A stretch of 64,000 nt of DNA from the human T2T-CHM13v2.0 reference genome, Homo sapiens, in assembly GCF_009914755.1 (NCBI RefSeq), contig NC_060947.1; one strand, 5' to 3'. Within the stretch, counting starts at the first letter, position 1, and the number at the start of each line of letters is the position of its first letter. The translations under genes were made by a program, and so were the position numbers. Shown here piece by piece: positions 45,395 through 61,780 of this stretch. The notes under the pieces are model-generated. The model was not told the DNA's origin and searched no databases. It saw only the letters and a program-made list of their open reading frames with translations.

Positions 45395-47462
45395 TACTAG
45401 GGTCTGAATGTTTGTGTCCCCTCAAAATTCATATGCTGAAACCTAATCCCCAAAGTGATGTTATTAGAGATGGAGTCTTTGGGAAGTGATTAGGCCATGA
45501 GGGCTGCACTCTCATGAATAGGATTGGTGCCCTTATTAAAGAGGTCCCAGAGAGCCCCTTTTGCCCGTTCACCATGTAAGGACACATAGAAGGTGCCATC
45601 TAGGAGGAACAGGCCTTCCCCAGTCATTGAATCTTCTAGCACCTTGATCTTGGACTTTCCAGCCTCCACATTTGTGAGTAATAAACTTCTGTTGTTTATA
45701 AACTACCTGGTGTAACATTTTTTTTATAGTAGCCCAAGAAGACTAAAATAGAAATTGGTACCGAGAAGTGGGGTGTTGCTATAACTAATACCTAAAAATG
45801 TGGAAGTAGCTTTCAAACTGGGTTATGGGTAGAGGCTGGAAGAGTTTTCAAGTGCATTGCTGTGAATGTAGCTTTAATGGTGATTTTGGTGGGGGCTCAG
45901 AATAAGAAGAGAGCTGTAGAGAAAGCCTCATTCTTCTTAGAGATTACCCAAGTGGTTGTAATCAGAATGTTGGTGGAAGTATCGATGGCAAAAGCCATTC
46001 TGATGAAGTCTCAAACAAAGATGAAGAACATGTTATTGGAAACTAGAGGAAAGGCCATTTTGTTATAAAGTGGCAAAGAACTTGGCAGAATTGTGTTTAT
46101 ATCCTAGTGTTTTATGGAAGGTAGAACTTATTAGTGATGAAATAGGAACTGCCACAGGGGTGAGACCACCGCAGAGAACCCCCACTAGGGCAATGCCTAG
46201 TGGAGCTGTGAGGTCAGGGCCACCGCAGAGCAACCCCACTAGATAAATGCCTAGTGGAGACATAGAATGGGTGTGCCTCCAAGACACTAGAATGTACCAG
46301 TGTGCAAAACCAGCCTTGGGAGAGCCACAGGCATGTGACACCAACCCACGAGAACAAAGAGCATGGGCTGTGCACAGCAAAGCCATGGGGGTGGGGCTGC
46401 CTGGAACGTTAGGGACGTAACTCCCACCCCTTCTGTATGCAGAAGGTACAACATGAAATCAAAGATTATTCTCCGGCCTTGAGTTTTTGTTTGTTTCTTG
46501 AGACAAGAGTCTTGCACTGTTGCCAGTAGTGTTAGCTCACTGCAACCTCTACCTCCCAGGTTCAAGCGATTCTCATGCCTCAGCTTCCTGAGTAGCTGGA
46601 ACTACAGGCGCCCGCCATCACGCCCAGATAATTTTTGTGTTTGTAGTAGAGACGGGGTTTCACCATGTTGGCTAGGCTGGTCTCAACCTCCTGACTTCAA
46701 GTGATCCACCTGCCTTGGCCTCCCAAAGTACTGGGATTACAGGGGTGAGCCACGGTGCCTGGCCAGCCTTTAGATTTAATATTGTTTGCCTTGTTGAATT
46801 TTGGATTTATTTGGGACCAGTTACCCTGTTCTTCCTTCCTGTTTGTCCCTTTTCAAATGGGAACGTCCATCTTGTAACTGTCTCAGCGTTGAATTTTGAA
46901 AGTGCATAATTTTTTTTTTCTTTTCACAGGCTTAAAGCTAGAGAGCAATTTGGTTCAAGATTAATCATACCTTGAGTCTCACACATATCTGGAATAAGTT
47001 GATATTATATTGAGATGAGTCTTTGACTTAGATTTTAAAGTTAATGCTGGTATGAGTTGAGGCTATTGTGATGGAATGAGTGAATTTTGCATGTAAGAAG
47101 GACATGAATTTGGGGTGGAGGGCAGGGGTAGAATACTATGATCTGAATATTTGTGTCTCCCACTTCCAAATTCATATGTTGAAACCTAATTCCCAAGGTG
47201 ATGGCATTAGGAAGTGGGGCCTTTGGGAGGTGATTAGGTTATGAGGGGTCCACCCTTGTGAATGGGATTAGTGACCTTATAAAAGAGGCCCCAGATTGCC
47301 CTTTTTGCCCTTCAGTCATATGAGGTTACATAGAAGGTGCCATGCTGGTGCCTTGATCTTGGACTTTCTAGCCTCCAAAACAGTGAGTAATAAATTTCTG
47401 TTGTTTATAAATTACCCAGTATGTAAGGTGTTTTGTTACAGCAGCTCAAATGGACTAAGACA
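45395..47462 (+). mobile_element. Two-LTR MaLR provirus (MLT1A0-like): 5' LTR ~45395-45750, internal region, 3' LTR 47134-47462
   Basis: Two homologous direct LTRs; internal start GAAATTGGTACCGAGAAGTGGGG; purine-rich tract GGGGTGGAGGGCAGGGG before the 3' LTR. Confidence 0.9.
46484..46764 (-). mobile_element. AluS (small internal deletion) inside the MaLR internal region
   Basis: Antisense Alu arms, GGTTCAAGCGATTCTC. Confidence 0.92.
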
Positions 47463-49720
47463 TACAATCTACAATTAGAAGAGTTTATTTCACTATGTCA
47501 GCTGAAAGCCCAAGCAAAACAAGCTTAGAAGAAAGAATAAACTAGAGAAATCCTGCAAATGTAGACTTTGATCAATTTCCTTCCTGATAAGATTCAAATA
47601 AGTATATGAAAGAGTTTGCCATTAAGAATCAGAATAATGAAGTTTGATTAAGTACAATCAAATGATTTCTTCTAAGTGGCAAGTGCAACACCCATTGATA
47701 CGTAAAATAAATTTTATTTCTTGAAAAGAGTACAATTTTATTTGCTCTTAGAAGATTTTCATGTTGTATGATTTAGAAGACTATAGAAAAGATAGAAGAT
47801 GGTGGATAGCAATTTTATTTTTCTACTTTAATAGTTATTAAATCAAACTCTATTAATCTAAACAAGGAATCCTATTTTCTTTGTGTGAAGAAAAAACCAG
47901 CAGATAAATTTCTAAGTGTCACAAAGAGAATTGTGGGTGTAAAGTTGTTGTTATTATTAATATGAGTTAGGTGTAAAATAGCCAAAGAAAATCTGCTTAA
48001 AAATCACCATTATATAAGACTTACTCTAGAGAATAAAGATGATCCCTGGAATGTACTTAGCAAGACAATAAATAAAGGTGTAAGCATCAGACGTTCTCAG
48101 AATAGGGATATTTCTTATGTGGGTGGTATATTATTTTCCCCCAGTCATGAGATATATATGTCTGTCCACAGAATAGATGGCTTAGGGATAAATCTGAAGG
48201 TGAGTAAATGATTTCATTCTGAGCATAAAGAGTTTTTGTACTTGTTTATTAGAAATACCATCTAAAACTCAGATTATTATTTTTGATTTTGGTTAACAAT
48301 AATGTCTTGGTTCCTGTTTCTTTTTCTCTTTCCCATGTTGCTTAGCACCCATTATCAGTGATGTCAAAAGATGGCAGGAGAGAAAAAAGGATTAAAAAAT
48401 ACCACAAAATAATTTACCAGAAAGAGTACTTCTTGAATGCACTGTAATTTTGCTCTCAAGTAGGAATTTTAAACCTTCAAGGAGTGAATCTTTGTCTCCT
48501 GGGAAAAGGATATTTCCCTTTCTGGATCGGTCAGAGCTCCCATCTGCCTCCCACCATGACCATCCCTCATCATAACTGTGACTGGTATGCTTCTAGTTGA
48601 AAAGACACTGGATTTATGCTGTACGGCATGCACAAATGGGACACTGGCCTGTAGTGTTTGATTGATCGGATTCGCAGGAGGCCGTCTGAATACCACATGA
48701 GGCGTGAGGCTGGTGTTCCCCAGTCCCTACAGTGAGCTGTAGTGTTGGGGATAGGCTGGGCCACGTTGGGCGGGCTACACTTTTCAAACCTACTCGGTTC
48801 AGCTGTGGTGACGCAGGCCAGGGGCATCTCAAGCTGTTTGGGGCTTGCACTAACCACGTGTGACAGACACCTTTGCTCCTGCTTCCCAGCAGTAGAATCT
48901 CAACTAGAAACAGTGGGAAAATCGCTCTTCTACTTGAGAGGAGACTACAGAGGTGAGGACTGACTTGTATTTCGTATTATAATGAAAGGATGCTTACACT
49001 CCAGCAGGATATTAAAACCATAAATATTATAACAGATGAGTTTGCAAACACTATTTCCTCAGAGAAATCGTTTCTTATACCCCAGACTAGGTGAGGGACC
49101 TTTGTTATATAATACCCTGAATTCCTTTTTTTGTGGTATGCACTGGCATTGTCATGAATCAATCCATTATTTGAGGAATTATTTGTTTCTTATTGGTTCT
49201 CAAATATTTAATGTTAATTCCATAAGTGTAAAGAATTACATCTTTTTCTATCATTCTCCCCAGCACCCAGGGCAAAATGCGATTAAGCTCTTCCTTTCCC
49301 TTCTTTTCCCTTTTCTTCATGAATAATTTAATCCTAAAGACATTAGGTGGGGCAGAACAAGATAGGTGTCCGTGGTGGAAAGGGGAGGGGGTGTGGAGGC
49401 CTAGACTTGGATGTCAGAGCCCTAGCAGAGTAAGCAGTGTATCTGCATCCTCATATAACTAAGGGATGGGCTCATTTAACTCCTGTCCCATAGCAGACAC
49501 TCTTGGTGTACTCAGCCACTTTGGAGAGGGGGGAGAGGGCCATCAGATTATAAATGCAATTAGAAAAAACATCTGTTAGATTGATTTTTTCATTGTTTCA
49601 ACCAGTTCTTGTGGCATTGTAGAGACAGATCACTAGTTAATTTCATTTGATGGGCAGTAGTATCTGTGCTAATTGAATTTTTGACTGGATGTTTGGGAGT
49701 CATAAAAATATATTTGTATT

Positions 49721-49792
49721 TGTGTGTGTGTGTGTGTGCATGTGTGTATGTATGTGTGTGTAAGAGAGGGGGAGAGAGAGAGGGAGAGAGAG
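49721..49792. repeat. Compound (TG)n/(GA)n microsatellite
   Basis: Direct reading. Confidence 0.9.
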
Positions 49793-49954
49793 AAAACCAC
49801 AGCCTTTGAAATCAGGCAGATTCTGCTTCAAGCCTTGGTTGCCTCATTCATAAAATGGGCTTGATAATAAATTTGCTTGTGGAATTGTGGTAATTATATT
49901 AAATGAGCTGTCCATATTTATTCATTATGAAATCTTGACATAGATGCTCAAAGA

Positions 49955-50468
49955 CAGGAGTGCTTCAAAAAACTTTTTGTGCTGTGGACCCCCTTGGAAG
50001 TCTGGTGAAGGCAGTGAATTCCTTTTTGAAAGAGTGTTTTTCAAATACATAAAAAATAAATAGAGCTAAAAGGGAGCCAATTGTATTGAAATATAGTTAT
50101 CAAAATATTAGTAAGCACATTTGTGATACAGTAATCTATGTGTTTTATTGATATATTCAACAAGATCTGGTGACAGATCTAATAACAGCCATAATTTTGA
50201 AGCAGAGATGAGCGTAAATGATGTGTTAATACCAAGGTATTCTGAACAACTGTAATGTGATACAAATGAATCTGTGACATTTATTGGTGACGAAGACACA
50301 AGTCTTACTAGTAAAACTGTTGTCTGTTTGCTTTATTCATAAACAAAGAAAATGTTAAATGTTAGTTAGAAGTTGGAATAAAAATACCAATCTTTCCTCA
50401 TCTGAGTTCACAGACCTCTGAATTCTAGTCTCAAATCCCTCAGTGCAGCCTAGGTTAAAACCCCTACT
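49955..50468 (+). mobile_element. hAT-Charlie element (Charlie4a-like), second copy
   Basis: GTGGACCCCCTTGGAAGTCTGGTGAAG...GAAATATAGTTATCAAAATA...AGGTTAAAACCCCTA. Confidence 0.75.
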
Positions 50469-50549
50469 CTAAGATAACATTGACTTATACAAATTTTTCT
50501 ACTCCTGTCACCTTCTCCAAAGGTAAGTAAATAGAGTCTGTGATGATAG

Positions 50550-50953
<404 letters not shown>

Positions 50954-52311
50954 TCCCTCCATCTTATATTTGATGTGTCAGGGCATGAACTAGAAGAGCC
51001 TGTGTGTGCTTAGACATGGAGAAATCCTTGCAATGTCCCAAATACGTTTGCTCTGCTTGCCTATGGAGGATATGTGTGTGTCCAGCATCCTTTAGGCTTT
51101 CCAGTTTTCATCACTGGCCATGCTGGGTGGGCTTGCTTCTGAGAAAACACTAATATAGCCATAGCCACTTGTGTTAAAAAATGATTTCCCTTGCCTCCAG
51201 CAAGCTATTTGTCCTCTGAACTTTATTTATAAACACCCCCACAGTTAAGGCATCTGTTTCTTCATGTTAATTTCGCCAGCACTGGTCTTCCTAGCCGGGA
51301 AGGAGGGTTTCAGCCTGTGGGTAGGCCAAGGGAGGGAAGCAGGTAGCATGAGCATTAGGCTGGGAAAGAAGAGCTCACCACAGGCCCTGTGGAACAGGCA
51401 GATGGAAATGCAGAGGGAAGCACCATTTCATTCCTAACCTCCCCTGGAGGTTTAGGGAAAAGGAAAGCTGTGAAGCCCTGAAATGAGCTCAGGCTGTAGA
51501 AACAAATGAGGTGGAGAAATGAAGAATCCAGGAAGAAAATAAAAGCCCAGTTTTTAGGTGGGTAAAAATTAAGCTGAAAAAGTTGAAGTAAAATGTCTTC
51601 TTACTTTTCTAATTAAAAAAGATAAATGATATGTGTGACTTTCTCTGCTTGGAAGCTGGCCTCTTGTGTCAGTTCAGAAGAAATCATTAAGAAACAACAC
51701 TGACCTTGGAACTCTGGGATTACTGTTGCTACTCTGGCTACTTCTGTATCCATTGGCTGGGCTCTTTACAAACTCCCCTATGCCTCTTTTGGGGGTGAAG
51801 TGTGGAGAAAACTAGGTCGCTTGGAGATGGAAACAAAGGAAGGAGCGAAGAATAGATGTAGTTTTGTGCTGGCTTTTGAGGCAAGCTGAAAATCACCAAC
51901 GAGATGCCTGAGCACAGCCTCCCTGAGGTGGCTCCTTGATATATCACATTAACAGTTGAAATTGTCCACTGAGAGAGCAGAGAGGGCTGTTTGCGGGTAG
52001 AAGAGGCAAAGGATGGTGTGCTATACAGCTGCCATATCTGTCTGAGGAAAGGATTTCCCCTCTAAGGCACCAAGAACTAGTAGCAGTGTGAGGTCCCTGG
52101 TTAGAAAAGGGTAGAAGGATGAGAGAATGATTAATTAAAAACCTAGCTTGGCCCTGAAAAGATCAAATGAGTAATAATGAAATCCATCAGCATCCTTGGC
52201 AGAAAAAGAATTTTCCTAAATGCTTAGAACCAGCATGAAGGCCCTATCAAGCTAGTTTCATGTTTCTTTAAATCATGTCCTTTTCTGTGGATAAAAGTCC
52301 TACATCCTTAA

Positions 52312-52441
52312 GGCAGGGTGCGATGGCTCATGCCTGTAATCCTAGCACTTTGGGAGGCTGAGGCCAGAGGATGGCTTGAGCTCAGGAGTTTGAGAGCAGC
52401 CTGGGCAACATACTAAGACCCTGTCTCTATTTTTAAAAAAA
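52312..52441 (+). mobile_element. Free left Alu monomer (FLAM_C-like)
   Basis: Single arm with short A tail; degenerate TSD AAAAGT(C/T)CTACA. Confidence 0.85.
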
Positions 52442-53039
52442 GTTCTACACCTTCACTGTAGGACCTTAAGTACATAAAGAGAGACAGGAAAAGTAACCTA
52501 TAATATTACCACCCAGAACAGCCCATGGTTAACACCTTAACTTCTTTATTTCTTCTGTTTCCTTGGTTTCGATTTCCTCTGTAAAATTATAGAATGGACT
52601 ATATTTATTTAAGAGCTATTGGCTACAGAGGAGGGAAGCTGACAGAGGCCAGGCCCTGGGCCTCACATTGCTCGCTGTTCAACGTAGCAGTTTTGTCACA
52701 TGGGTACTTGCCTGTCCTCCCTCTTTGGACGGTGAGTTACTCAATTGCCCCCAGCAGTTAGACTGTTCTCCTCAGTGCCCCTTTGCCATCTTGTATGACC
52801 CTCTCTTGTCACAGTGTGAGTTCCTTAAGTTGAACCCTCAGTACTATTTTTTTTTCAATGACTATTTTTTTTAAAAAGCAATCTTGAATGCCTACTTTGG
52901 GTCAGGTCCAATGGCAGGTGCTTACACATACCTTTAATTCATTTAATTCTTCATTTAATTCTATCAGTTTTCCTATTCCTAGGGCCAGGCCAGTGTCTGG
53001 CCTGCAGAAGGTTCAGTAGGAAGGTATTTTGGAAAGAAT

Positions 53040-53240
53040 GTGAGCACTGAAATTAGACTGGGTTTGGATCCCAGCCCTTCTGGTCAGCTGTGTGACCTTG
53101 GGACAGCAATTTAACCTCTCTAAACTTCAATGTCCTCATTTGAAAAATGAATATAATAAGATCTTCAATTGGGGCTTGTGATGAAGATTAAATGACATGA
53201 TATATGCAAAATTCTCACGCATACTATGTGTTCCATATAT
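53040..53240 (+). mobile_element. MIR SINE
   Basis: CTGTGTGACCTTGGGACAG...CCTCATTTGAAAAATG...AGATTAAATGA. Confidence 0.8.
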
Positions 53241-53639
53241 ATAAAATGAATGAATGAATGAAGAAATGAAGAAAGAATGAGTGATCAATTAGAGTCCAAG
53301 GAAGCAATCAAAGACTACTGTGGGTATTCAGGTGGAAAAGGAGAATGAACCAAGACTCAACCTTCATGCCCCAAGGACTTCATTGTCTCCCTCCAAATCT
53401 GGTCTCAGAAGAAGTCTTAACATGAGGCATTGAACTTTAGGTGAACATGTAAGTTGACATGCTCCCTCTCTGAAAAATATTTGCATTTTTAAGGCAAATT
53501 TCCAATAATCTGGTTTAGGTAATATTTTGTAGAATTCCAGAGGGCTCACAGTTTCCTCTGAAGCCCATCTATGAACCCTGTCCTACCCATTAAGAACCTC
53601 TTATGTCTCCACAAGTATTAATTGGGGGGTCACAGAGAA

Positions 53640-54306
53640 ATTGTTAAGAGACTTTTCTGGTAGGATGCATTTTAATTGGAAGCAAGTCAGGATACGATTT
53701 TAGTAATTGAGGCATGAAGAGTCCTTCATACTCCAGTGGTGCCAGTATGATTGGACAAAAAAAGTAGATTCCAGAGACTAAATGTTGAGAACTGAACATA
53801 GTGAGGCCCAAGCTGATGCTGTCTTTCATAGAGAGAAATAAAGAACAATTCAGATAAGGTTCCAAGTTTTGAACCTGAGCAGACAAGGTAATGACACCCT
53901 AAGGTAGTATAGAAGGGAGCTGGTTCTCTGGAGAACAGATGATAACTTTGATTTTAGCCATAGTGAATTTGGGGTGATTAGGAAGCAGCCAGCAGTCGGG
54001 GGCAGGAGTTGGGGAAGTAGGGTGCTGACAACACAGTTGGAGGTGTAAATTCCTGAAGGAAAACCATTTCTTCCAGCACCAACATCATGATTCTATGATG
54101 ACTGGGAATAAAAATTGGGGCTAGAGCTTCAACTGGGGGATCTTCATCTTAGATGTAAAAGTGAAGGTGTCAGGAAGGTGGATTAATGGCCTGAGAGAAA
54201 CAATGTAGAGAAAAATAATAAAGGACCAAGTACTAGATCGTGAAATTAGCTCACATTTAGGGGTGAGGGAAAGAAGTGAGCTAAACAAAGGAGCTAAAAG
54301 TGGCTG

Positions 54307-54338
<32 letters not shown>

Positions 54339-54600
54339 AGATACAGTGCCACATAGGAGGACCTCTCAGCAGAGAATGGACAACCCAGCCAGGCAAAGAA
54401 TGAGGACATAGGCACATCTCAAAAGACTTAGACAGATGGAGACCAAGAGGTAGGCACCTCTTCCTACTGATATTGAGACAGCATTTGGGTAAGACACAAG
54501 CTGAGCTCCAGCCCAGGAGAGGGAGAAGGGGCAGCACAGGGAATTCTGAGTTTGTTTGAGCTTCAATATGGATGACAGAGAAAATCACTGAAGTGTCTGA
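53640..54600 (-). mobile_element. L2 fragments
   Basis: TCCAAGTTTTGAACCTGAGC; purine-rich L2 antisense signature. Confidence 0.6.
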
Positions 54601-54659
54601 CAGCCTATTAGTGATCAGACTATGCTTTCTGCATTAGACAGATGGGAGCTCCGGGTAGA

Positions 54660-57133
<2,474 letters not shown>

Positions 57134-57149
57134 AAATTCTTCAAAGCCC

Positions 57150-57330
57150 TTCCCCCTCAACTATCTCATTTGATTCTTTTCATGTGGCAGGTAACACAGG
57201 CATCATAGTTCCCATTTTACAGAAAAAGAAACTGAAGCTTGAAGAGATATGAGTATATTCCCAAAGTCCCAGGGGCCAAGCAAGAACCTCAGCCCAAGGA
57301 CTTTGAACTCCTGATTCTGTATTTCTTCCA
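57150..57330 (-). mobile_element. MIR SINE
   Basis: TATCTCATTTGATT...CCCATTTTACAGAAAAAGAAACTGAAGC. Confidence 0.8.
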
Positions 57331-57493
57331 TGCCAGAACTCTGAGGATAGGTTCAGAAGTTCTTACCATCCCATTGGAAGTCTGTTTGGGTTTATATCTT
57401 CCAAGTTATAGAACCCAAATTATAGAGTCTACTGGATCATTTGGGTAAATGTGTCACCAGTTCTGCTCATTGACTGTAGTGAAATAGGAATGT

Positions 57494-57496
<3 letters not shown>

Positions 57497-57529
<33 letters not shown>

Positions 57530-57568
57530 CACGTGCGTGTGTGTATTGCATGTGTGTGCACCTGTGTG
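57497..57568. repeat. (TG)n microsatellite with degenerate tail
   Basis: Direct reading. Confidence 0.95.
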
Positions 57569-57669
57569 CATACATTGGAGGAGGGACAATTCAAACATCA
57601 TTTTGAAGAATGGGCCTTTTAGCATCCCTCAAAATGCAGGATAACATAATGGCCAAAAGCATTTGCTCA

Positions 57670-57865
57670 TTGTAAGATTTTGGACAAGTTTCCTCCCTTC
57701 CCATTGCCTCAATTTCTTACCTATAAAATGAAGATGACAGTATCTATTTTGTATGGAGTCTGAGAGGATTAAATGGGTCAAATGAGATAGTTGAGGGGGA
57801 AGGGCTTTGAAGAATGTAAAGTGCTTTGTTGATACACCTGTCAAGAAAGAAGACAATAAATGCCT
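57670..57865 (+). mobile_element. MIR SINE
   Basis: GCCTCAATTTCTTACCTATAAAATG...GAGGATTAAATG...GTAAAGTGCTT...CAATAAATG. Confidence 0.75.
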
Positions 57866-59449
57866 TTGTGCGTAAAGTACCTGGTTCTCTAATTTTCTGT
57901 TGTAAGTATACAAAACATGTGTTGTCACCAACACAAGCAGTACTCTGTGGAGGGTGGCCCACGATGGCTGCTCTAAGTTCCAGATAATGTCGGGACACTT
58001 GAGCTGCTCACGAGCGATCAGCTGTGACCTGAGATTTGGCTTGTAGCCCCCTTCTGCAGCCTTGAGGAAAAGCTAGTCAGAGCAAAGTGGGGAGGGATGA
58101 CTACAAAGGCAGACTCTGGAAAGTTATCTGGGTATGATATAGTGGTGGGACCTGCCTTACAAAAGAAGGACAGTTCTTGAAAAATCTGTTACTGTCTCCT
58201 AAGAAAGAAAGTAAACAGTTAGGGCTGCAAACTTCAGCCCGTTAGACTGGCCCTTTCTAAATAGTGGCTACAATTTACTCACATGAGTTTTCAAGGGCAG
58301 AGAGCACAGGCAGACCCACAAAGAGGTAAAGAAGGAACCTAGATTCTGACAGCCAGGCCAATGGGCAGGGAGCTGCTCCAGCCCTACAGAGATAGGCCAG
58401 GCTCTGGAGGGCCCTCTAGGAACTTCGGGGATTCAGAAAAGAAGCTGGAAGGGAGAGATATGTGGGAGGAGGCATGAGCAGATGGAGGAGTATCAGAGGC
58501 AGGGAGAATTGATAGTATTTTAGCAGCTTCAGATAAAATACAACAGATTTTCCTACATGGCCCTAAATCTGGGTCTGGGAGGCAGTTTTCAAAAGATGGG
58601 CTTGAAAAATAGTTTGAATAAGGTTGGGGGCGGGGAGTGGGAGAGCATATTTTCCAAGGAGATACATGCAGGAAGGGGTCAGTTCCTGAACTTCCATCAA
58701 GCTGTTTTCATTATTATATCCTGGTTGATTGCAGAGGCTCAATAAATAATTGTTGATTGAATCAATGAATTAGACACACACCTTACACTGGCCATTAGCA
58801 CATAAAACCTTACTTTGGTTCTCAAGTGGAACAAAAGGCCAGGCCAGCACTGCCAGTTCTACTTGGGCTGAATGAAACCTCATACCCCAAGAAAGAAGTG
58901 ACTTAGAAAAATATAGTCCATTACGATAACATTCATATTGCAACTTTTCGAGTGAATTAATTATCCCAGCCAACATGATCTCCGTTGGGGGTGGAGACCA
59001 GTAGAGCCTTTGCATGTTAAACACTTATAACAGGTTTTGTGGGGTGGAGCTTAGAGCATGGTAGTGCCCTTCTCCTATTAAAACCTTTATGGAAAAGCTA
59101 AGCTCTTCTGATCAAACATTTTCGTCAATTAATATGTGTGCTTCTTCTGGAGGTGTTTGCATTGTTTTGTGTCCCCTACTAAGCAGATTTCTGACATTAA
59201 GGAGCACGTTGGGAAGGCTCCTGGAGTCTTGGAAGATGAGCTACTGCTGCCTACTGTGTCCTCATTACAGCAGGGCCTGGTTAGCACCCCTATGATGTTC
59301 CCTAGGCCCTAGCAGCCCTGGGTACATCATGTGGCTCTTTCTGTTGCCAGCTTTGGACAGAGAAGCCAATTCATCTGCTGCCTTTGAACTGGTTATCTGG
59401 GCAATAATACCCAACTAGAATGTAATTCAGAAGGGGCTGATTCCTTTAA

Positions 59450-60740
59450 ATGCAAAGGTCTTGAGGTAGGAGCAGGTTAGCAGATTTAAGGACCATCAAT
59501 AAGGCCACAACATCTGGAGTCTAGTAGTGGCCAGGAAAGTGGTAGGAAACCAGGTTCCAGAGGAAGCCAGTGTAGGCTCATGTAGGGCTTTACAAGTAGG
59601 TCTGGGTATAAAAGTCTTGGGACTGGATGAGCTCACCTAGGTAAGTGTGTGTACAGTAGACAAGAGGCTCAAGGTGTGTTCTAGTGCATTCCAAAGTTTA
59701 GGATAGGGAGAAAGGAGGAGGATTCAGAAAGGAGATAGAGAAAGAGTGGTCAATGAGGTGGGAAGTATGGAAGTATGTCACATGCTGCTGAGACGCTGAG
59801 CCCAATGAGATGGAGCACGGGTCATTGTGTTTGACAACATGGAAGCTGCTGGTGACCTAGAAGAGGATAATTTCAGTGGAGTGGATGAGACTGGAAGCCT
59901 GATTGGAAAGAGATCTGGAAAGACTAGGAGAAGAGAGAGTGTGGAGATAGCAAGCCTAGACATATAGTTATGCATCCTTTAATGACATGGATTCGTTCTG
60001 AGAGATGCTTCATTAGGCAATTTTGTCATTATGCAAACCTAAATGGTACAGCCTATTACACACCTAGGCCATATGGTATAGCCTATGGCTCCTAAGCTCC
60101 AAATCTGTACAACATGTGAGTGTACTAAATACTGTAGGCAACTGTAACACAACGGTAAGTATTTGTGTATCTACACATATCTAAACATGGAAAAAGTAAT
60201 GTGTTGCACTATGCCATTACAACGGCTACTATGTCATGACAGCTGTGATATCATTAGGCTATAGAAATTTTTTAGCTCCATTATAAGCTTAAGGGACTAC
60301 CATTGTACATGTGGTCCCTCATTGACCAAAACATTGTTATGCGGCACATGACTGTATTTTATTTTAGCTTAATTATAGAATGGAGTAGGGAAATGGAGTG
60401 GTAGCTGGAGGCAGTGATGGGGTCAAGAGTGGTTGTTAAAGGTGGGCGACAGTTTGGGATGTTTCTATACAGATGGTACTTCCCAGTTGAAAGGGAAAAA
60501 TTAGTGATGGTAGGAGGGGTATCTTTGAGGAGGTAAGAGCTGATGGGATTTCAGGGTGCAAGAGAAAGAGTTGGCCTTAGAGAGCCAATTCTTTCTGTGG
60601 GAGGGTCTGTGCAAGGGAGGGTAGAGATGTAGAGAGGTGAGGATAGTTGGAGGTAGGCTTATGTGTGGTTTCACTTCTGATGACTTCAATCATCTTAGTG
60701 AATGAGAAGTAAGGCTGTGAGCTGAGAGTGAGGAGGGAAG
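59450..60740 (-). mobile_element. L2 fragments flanking a Tigger3 insertion
   Basis: TGCAAAGGTCTTGAGGTAGGAG, GGACTGGATGAGCTCACCTAGG, TTTCAGTGGAGTGG. Confidence 0.7.
59965..60354 (+). mobile_element. Tigger3a/MER7-type MITE
   Basis: CGTTCTGAGAGATGC...ACACCTAGGCCATATGGTATAGCC...TTATGCGGCACATGACTG, TA-flanked. Confidence 0.88.
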
Positions 60741-60762
60741 TTTTCTACCTTATTCTACTTTA

Positions 60763-61123
<361 letters not shown>

Positions 61124-61587
61124 TAAAAGTTGTCCTTGCAGATTTTTCTTTTAGAAACATCAGTAAACAGTATAACATATGTACATGACTTTTCAAGCAC
61201 AACTTTTACAGGGACTCAGCAATTTCAGGCATGCATGGACTTTAGGGATGTTCTTTTCATAATCAAAACACCATGCACTGGGCCCCAACTGAGTACAGAC
61301 AGTTTTCAAACTGAAATTTATCCCTCGCCCCCAAGGGAAACATCAAACAGGGTCTTGTTTACATTGTAACATTAATTTAAAAATTCTTGTTTGTTCTCTG
61401 GTCTATGACCATTTTGCTTTTTTGGATATTTATGGCATGCATTTCATTCATTTCAATTTCATTTCAGAAATCCTAATATGAGAAGTGACTGTGAATCCCA
61501 ATATTTGTGTCCCATTCTCTTACATATTTAAAAAATTCTCCTTCAATTGACCCTTCAGTGGATATCCTTGACTTGTTTTTCTGAATA

Positions 61588-61780
61588 TAGTGGTTGTCAA
61601 ACTTGAAAGTGCATCAGAATCCCCTAGAGGATTGTTAAAACCCAGGGTGCCAGCCAGGCCCCTACTCCCAAAGTGTCTGAATCTGTAGGTCTGGGATGGA
61701 GCCTGAGAAATTGCATTTCCACCAAGTTCCCAGATGATGCTGATGCTGCTGGTCTGGGGACCACACTTTGAGAACTCTGC
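61588..61780. mobile_element. MER5A hAT MITE
   Basis: AGTGGTTGTCAAACTT...GCATCAGAATC...GGACCACACTTTGAGAAC. Confidence 0.9.

Noticed and set aside
46160-46260. Repeated CCACCGCAGAG...CCCCACTAG...ATGCCTAGTGGAG unit
   Set aside because: Appears to be the normal tandem repeat of MaLR internal sequence
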